This document shows positions 58,043 to 64,000 of a DNA stretch of 64,000 nt, one piece after another. The translations under genes were made by a program, and so were the position numbers. The notes below the pieces were generated by a model. The model was given only the letters and a program-made list of their open reading frames with translations, was not told where the DNA came from and did no database searches. The DNA comes from Camelus ferus (lineage: Eukaryota). Positions within the stretch are counted from its first letter, which is position 1, and the number at the start of each line of letters is the position of its first letter. The stretch spans positions 29,078,001 to 29,142,000 of the forward strand of contig NC_045713.1 of NCBI RefSeq assembly GCF_009834535.1, given 5' to 3'.

Positions 58043-61000
58043 CTAGAAGAGACACATTGGAAGGAGCCTCACTGAAGGGAGAAAGGGACTGGGGCAGGTC
58101 ACACCGGCCTCTCACCTCCACCCGCACAGAGTAAGTGGCCACATCAACCCCGATGGAGACTGAGGTGAGAAGCCTCGAGGCCGCCAGGCTAGTGAGAGAT
58201 GTGCCTTTTTTGTTTTCTGAGTTGCAGATTTTCCCTTCATTTGCAGTGACAGTTCAGACACTGGAGAAGCTGCCTCCCTGCTATGAAAGCTCTGCTTTCT
58301 TACCCTCTCATCCCACCCACAACCCAGCATGGAGAGGAGCCAGCCTCTTTATGGGTGGTCCCTATAGGGGGCCCTCTGCGTGTGAGCCTCCTTCCCCTGT
58401 ACTTCCAGTGACGATGACGGCAGGCGTAGTGATGCAGCTTCCACTGAAGGAGACTGGACTGCAGTGCAGGTGGTGAACTGTCTAATTCCCCCAACAACGC
58501 TAGAAAGGAGGCTTCCTCACTTAATAAGAAAATGAGGCTCAGAGAAACCGAGGAACGGATCTGGGCCCACTCAGCCAGGTGGTGGCAGAACCAAAATATG
58601 GACCCAGGCCTGCCTGGCTCTAGACCCCCTGATTTATACCACACAACCAGCATTTCCCCTTCTTTGTCTCCTTATCTTCTTACTTGGGATAACAGAACCA
58701 AGCCACTTATTAAGCACCTAGTACCTGCCAGGCCCCCGCAAGGCTCGCCTCCTACTTACTGCGCAGGTGCTGGTGCTGTCCTATACTACAGAGGGGAGCG
58801 CTGAGCTCAAAGGAAGGGTGTATGCCCACAGCCACCGGACCAGTCAGGGGCAGAGCTGTATGCCTCCTTCCACACCACCTCCAGGAAGCCTTCTCTGATT
58901 ATGAAGACACATGATAACATTACCTCCCCTCATGGAACTGTGTCGCATCAGTACTGACCACTTAATGTATATGTGTTGTTGATCACTGACACTTCTTTTA
59001 CCTAGCATCATAAAGGAATGACATTTCACAAAGGGAAATATTCTACAGAATTAATTTTATTCCCTTAAGCACCATGAGCTTTGTTGTGTGTCTCCTCTTT
59101 ACAGAAAGTGGGTCTCAATCATATCACACATTTTTCCCTCCTGTGACATAAAGCTGACTAAACAGGGCAAGGCTGGGTGAGGGCCCAGCCATCTGGAGAT
59201 CTGGTGTATAGGGAGCCACTTACCACATGCTGCCTGCCTCCTCCTTTTGGACCCATTAAGCCTTCCTCCAAAGGCCTGAGGTCCACCATCCCAACCCCTT
59301 TATCCCGGGGAGGCAGAGCCCAGTCTCCCACCCGGGGCGCCCGTGGCACCAGCCTCCCGGCAGGGCCTTCGCAGCTTGCCTTTCACTCCCTGGCAGCTCC
59401 CTCTGCTCTCAACCACCTTCCCAGGAAGACCCTCTCAAGGTCAGCCACACTCATTACGCCTCCGCATTAAACAAGAGGTGACAAGAGAAACAGGGAAGGC
59501 TCAGAAGTGAAGGCCTGGCTTTAGTGAAGGCCTGGCTCTGGCAGCACCTTAGGGCCCGTCCGCAGTTTACTGAGCTTAGCAGCTGGTTTTCACAAAGTCT
59601 GAGCTAACAACTGACTTTCAGGGATGGGGGCTGGGCGTGGGTCAGCTTTTATTTCTCCAGAGTGCCAGGCATTGTGCAAGATACACAATAAACGTGCGAC
59701 TGAGACAAGCAAGCAAGACCCAGGAAGCTCCCTGTGGAGGGAGGGCGAGGAACCGAATGTGCGTGGTGCCTAACGTCTACCGGAGGCAGCCCTTACGTAG
59801 TTCACATCCGGGCTGGAAAGCTATGTGGTTTGGGCCCCCTTTTACAGATGGAAAAATCAATGCTCAGGATATAAGCAACCCACCCGAGGCTGCAGTTAGT
59901 AAGCAGCAAAAGAGGAAACTGAACCGGGGTTTAGGAGCCCGAGCTTTTCCACATCGTTAAGTGACACACGAGCCTTATGTTTCCAAACAAGAAGCAAACT
60001 CTGGAGAATTACGTTGCAGAAGGGGATGTCACGGGGGTAAAGTAGCATGGCAGCTGACCCGACTCCACTCTGCTCCAATTCACGCTCCAAAGACTAAAGG
60101 CCGAGACACTCTTTGGGGGCGTAAGGGGGATAAGGGCGTGTGGCAATCAAAGGTGTGGGGAGCACAGGGGCAGCCTGTGCAGCACCACAAGGAGGCCTGG
60201 GTGCTGCTGGGGCATTTCTGGAGGTGAACTATGCCAACTTACATCTTTCCCTTGAAAAGGCTCTGCGAGGCCTCAGACATGCTGTGAGTGAGGACGTGGT
60301 GAGGGCCCAGCCTTCCAGACACCCAGCGATGGGCCAGGGAGCCAGGGGGCCACGCCGCGCACACTGCCTGCCTCTTTCTTTTTGACACTTTAAACACTTG
60401 GGTTTATTATAAACTTCCCGAATCACTTCACTCTTTGGTGAGGAATGCCTGTGAAAAGCATAATTTATCATCTATTTATTGAGTGTGAACTAAGGAGCAG
60501 GTGCTGGGGACCCAGAGACAAATGAACAAAACAGAGGAACAAGCTGCAATCTTCTGCAACTATCTTTTCTGCACGATTCTGCCTGCTGGATGGACAGGGA
60601 AGGTCCCGGGCTGATGCTGCAGATTCAAGGAAGAGCCACATGCACGAACATTCTGGTGGCAAAGGAGGCGGGGGCACTGGGAGGTGAACTGTTCTGCCCT
60701 GGAATCCTGGCTCTGCTCCTCAACGGCCAGGCACGCATGGGCACCTCCCTCTCTCTCGGTTTCTTATACGGCAAAAAGCAGAACCATGATAACAGCTACT
60801 CCCATCGGGTTGACGTGGGGATTAAGAGATTTCACCTGTACGATGGGTTTTACACTCCTGACACAGGACTAAGACCTCAATCAAGTACTATTCACGTCCA
60901 AGTGAATCCTTCTGACCCATCTAATGACTCAGCCCAATTTGGGGGGGGGTGGTAAATGTCATCTGAAATGTCAGTGATGGGGATCCAGAGGCCCTGTTTT

Positions 61001-61106
61001 CAATTCACTTTTCCACTAATCTCTGTCCTTTGGTTAGACGAGCTCTCTCGGGGTTCGGCAGGGCGAGCTTCATAGACCCACTGGTGCGTTCTGGCCCCTC
61101 ACTTAC

Positions 61107-61157
61107 TGTCATGCTCCTGTACTCATCCTCAAACATGTCCAAAAAGATTTCTTCTCC
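61107..61157 (-). CDS. CLEC16A: CLEC16A coding exon (exon 17 equivalent), 51 nt, phase 0-0, GEEIFLDMFEDEYRSMT
   Basis: Long pyrimidine tract ...cctttctttttag|GGA GAA GAA...ATG ACA|gtaagt. Human reads GEDIFLDMFEDEYRSMT as recalled. Confidence 0.97.
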
Positions 61158-63034
61158 CTAAAAAGAAAGGAAGGAAAGAGAAGATTATGTATATTTTTTT
61201 CCATAAACAACACAGTATCGTAAACTTCAGTTCGCGGCTTTTGGGGCCATCTGTTTCTTATTAGTGAGTTCTCGTAAATCACCAGGAAGTAAAATACACA
61301 CGTGAACACGAACACACATTCAAACAAAAGCCCAAATATCAAATTGCACCTCTCAATGTTTTTCTCCTTTTTTTTTAAGCGTATGTAGTTCGATTTCTAG
61401 TGTCAAGGCGGTTAATTTAAAACAACAAAAATAACTTCATATATAATTAAAATAAAAAAATGGTTAATATTTCAAGTATTTAACACTGTCTATTTGTTGA
61501 GAATGGTTGGAGAAAATAAGATTCTTGGTTACGTTGTCATGTTAAAACTACGAGGCTGCGCACTTCTGGAAGGAAGAGTATAATTAAATATGCTTAATGC
61601 TACAATTACATGTCTTGTTCCCCTTGTTTCTGACGCATGCCTTTGGGGTTCTGGAGTCCCTGCAGTCCTGAGGACTCCGGCTAGGAGGTCCCCCTTAGAA
61701 CAGGGTGGTAAGGAGGAACTGGCTCTTTGTGAGACACGTAAACTAGGGGCCAATCTCAGCTGTACCTTTCGGAGTCTCTCTTTATTTCACCACAAGACTG
61801 GGATGACAGTCCGTGTCTGTGCAGGTCGTTGTGAAGACGAAATGAGTTTGAGTGTACGGTCATTGTGATTACCGCTGGATGGGCCTGCAGCTCGGGAGGG
61901 CAGGGCAGGCTTGGCTGAATGCATCCGGACTGTTAGAACTGGCCTCTGTCCTGTCCTCTAAGTCCTGAATCTCACTCACACACAAGAGTCAGGGTGGGGA
62001 AAGCGATAGGACCTTTATTTATTTTTTCAGTTATTAGAACTACAGATAAATCTGAAGGTTCTTCTGTGGTGTAAGAACTGTGCAATAACAACCCCTGAAA
62101 ATATCCAAAAGCTGCTGAGATATTACACTTGGGGTGCAAATCTTATAGGATAAAAGAGAGAAAAACCTGGGTTGGGAGAAGGGAGCTGCAATTCAAATCC
62201 AGTTCTCCTCCTGTTTATGAGAAAGAAAAATGCTCTGGGAAGATGTCTACCTGTGTGCCTTCCTGTTTTTTGCAATCCAGAAGCTTTCCAGGGGGAAACA
62301 AACTAAGTGCAGTTATAATGGAAAGAGCTTCAAAGATGACTTTGCTCAGGACTCGTATCCTCACTTGAAGGCCAAGCGTGAGAAGGCCAAGGCCAAGGTC
62401 AAGGGAGACTGGGATTTCCGCCCCGGTGCGTGGGGGCCCTCAGTGGTGCACCTTTGTCTGGGCACGTCCGCCGTGGTGCAGCTGAATGGGGTCATCTGAG
62501 CCCAGCGAGGTGCATTTCCCGATTATCTGACCTGGTTTTATCTCAACAAACACTGACAATAATGGACAGTGGCTTAAAAACTTTCTTGCAAAGAAGATTC
62601 CTGTGCATATATGTAATTCACAGCAGCTCAGAGAGAGTACAAACAATGAAAGCGCAGGTGAATGAGAAAACAGCAGCGCGGACAACTAGGTTCCTCCCGG
62701 GAGGATCTCTTCATCAGCCAAATTACCAGGGGGAACCGTCACCAACTGGATCTGGTGAGAGTTGATGTGGAGGCCAAATAATCAGGTAAGTACTAGCACT
62801 GTTTGACATATGGATTAATCCACCACTGCTGACAACGATGAGCCCTGCCTAAGAATATATTATGCCTTAAGAAAAGAGCTAAACAAAACCACCACAAGGA
62901 GTGATCTTAAAACTAATCACCCGGAACCTGGAATCTACAAATTTTCCAGATACTGGAAGTCATGGTGGTCCTTTACAGACTGTCACTAAATTCATGATAA
63001 CTGTTTAGAAGCCTGTGTGAGATTTCTCAGCATA

Positions 63035-63337
63035 CAGGCACACTTCATCTATGGTACTGTGCTTTACAGATACTGCATTTTTTTTTTAAACAAATTGAAG
63101 GTTTGTGACAACCCTGTGTTGTCAGATGATGGTGAGCATATTTTAGCAATGAAGTATTTTTAATTAAGGTATGTACATTTTAAGACATAAAACTATTATA
63201 CACTTAACAGACTATAGTGTAAGCATAACTTTGATGTGCACTGGGAGACCACAAATTTGTGTGACTCTCTTTATTTCAATATTCACTTTATTGCGGTGGC
63301 TTGGAACCAAACCCACAATATCCCTGAGGTTTGCTTG
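63035..63337. mobile_element. Tigger1 internal-deletion derivative (Tigger1a_Art-like; TcMar DNA transposon)
   Basis: TA TSDs at both ends; termini caggcacac... and ...gaggtttgcttg; internal aaattgaaggtttgtgacaaccctg and tttattgcggtggcttggaaccaaacccacaatatc. Confidence 0.88.
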
Positions 63338-63730
63338 TACACGTATAAATAACACACATGCATATAGTTCATAAATTCACACGTAATTCAGTAATTTTAT
63401 ATGTAAAACAAATATAATTCATGAACACGTAAGTTCATATGTATAAGTTAGTCATATGTGTATCTGTATATAACTCGTAATTTACATGTAAATACATCAA
63501 TAAACAAATTCATATATAATTGGTGAACAAACTCACATACTAGGGGTGAGACCTCAGAGGCTGCACTGATAAGAGCACATGGGCAGAAAAGTGCAGAGAC
63601 CACTGCTCTGGAGATGATGACATAGAACGTTTTTACTCAGGAACCATGGGTGTAAGAAATAACTGGGGACACTGCAGTCCTGTTTATGTGACACACACAC
63701 ACTTCCGCCCACTGTGTGTCAGCGACTTAC

Positions 63731-63775
63731 CTTATAAAAGTGCCGCACGAGGTGGACGCTTTCTTCTCTGGCGCC
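63731..63775 (-). CDS. CLEC16A: CLEC16A coding exon (human exon 16 equivalent), 45 nt, phase 0-0, GAREESVHLVRHFYK
   Basis: Minus strand reads ctctctccacag|GGC GCC AGA...TAT AAG|gtaagt. The peptide matches my recollection of human CLEC16A and joins the next exon in frame. Confidence 0.97.
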
Positions 63776-64000
63776 CTGTGGAGAGAGAGGGAGGGCGTGA
63801 GGGAGGCAGGGCCCCCGGAGGTGAGGGAGTTGGGTAAATCACAAATTCTAAAATCTGAGTGTATGAAAGACAGATGCTGGGCTGATATCCATAACCTATA
63901 AAGCAGTTCCCTCCTTGTAGGGGGAGGAGGAGCTCAAAATAAAAATGGGCAAAGGAAGGACGGTTCAATGTGATGACATGGAAAGCTGTTAATATACAGT

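Noticed and set aside
62600-62791. Plus-strand CAG|GTAAGT donor at 62783-91 suggesting an antisense lncRNA exon
   Set aside because: A single good donor with no convincing acceptor, promoter or partner exon is expected by chance.
63340-63540. AT-rich quasi-repetitive tract beside Tigger1a
   Set aside because: Degenerate (TA/CA)n low complexity with no defined unit or spacers; not a CRISPR-like or structured array.
577-63968. The hundreds of 60-190 aa ORFs in the six-frame track
   Set aside because: Apart from entries overlapping CLEC16A exons (63732..63968, 61109..61342, 57833..58042, 49739..49981), they have no recognisable domains, overlap MIR, L2, L1 or simple repeats, and match chance expectation for mammalian intronic DNA.

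Overview
Mammalian genomic DNA, most likely a camelid (Vicugna/Camelus), judged from four tRNA-Ala-derived vic-1-type SINEs and artiodactyl-type L1 3' ends. The only protein-coding gene I can support is CLEC16A on the minus strand. Five exons are present (63731-63775, 61107-61157, 57914-58042, 49870-49990 and a partial exon at 1-127); by human numbering, recalled from memory, these are exons 16-20. They splice at canonical GT-AG sites into GAREESVHLVRHFYK/GEEIFLDMFEDEYRSMT/MKPMNV...KTRR/AIRVFFML...DVLDL/NNSDLIACTVITKDGGMLQRF...GWG. About 50 kb (128-49869) is the orthologue of human intron 19, the autoimmune-risk regulatory intron of the CIITA-DEXI-CLEC16A-SOCS1 locus. The rest is ordinary mammalian repeat content (MIR, L2, old and young L1, MLT1 LTRs, one ERV1 solo LTR, DNA transposon fossils, microsatellites) and two N gaps. 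Nearly all ORFs in the supplied track are spurious. I found no evidence of a novel protein-coding system. The best leads are regulatory: a triple STAT5/GATA/ETS cluster at 57272-57407, a haematopoietic motif cluster at 11440-11940, an IRF/ETS/STAT cluster at 36830-36950, a candidate poison exon at 798-927, and a poly(A)-only retro-insertion with a perfect TSD at 52355-52397. All motif calls were made by eye and are unvalidated.
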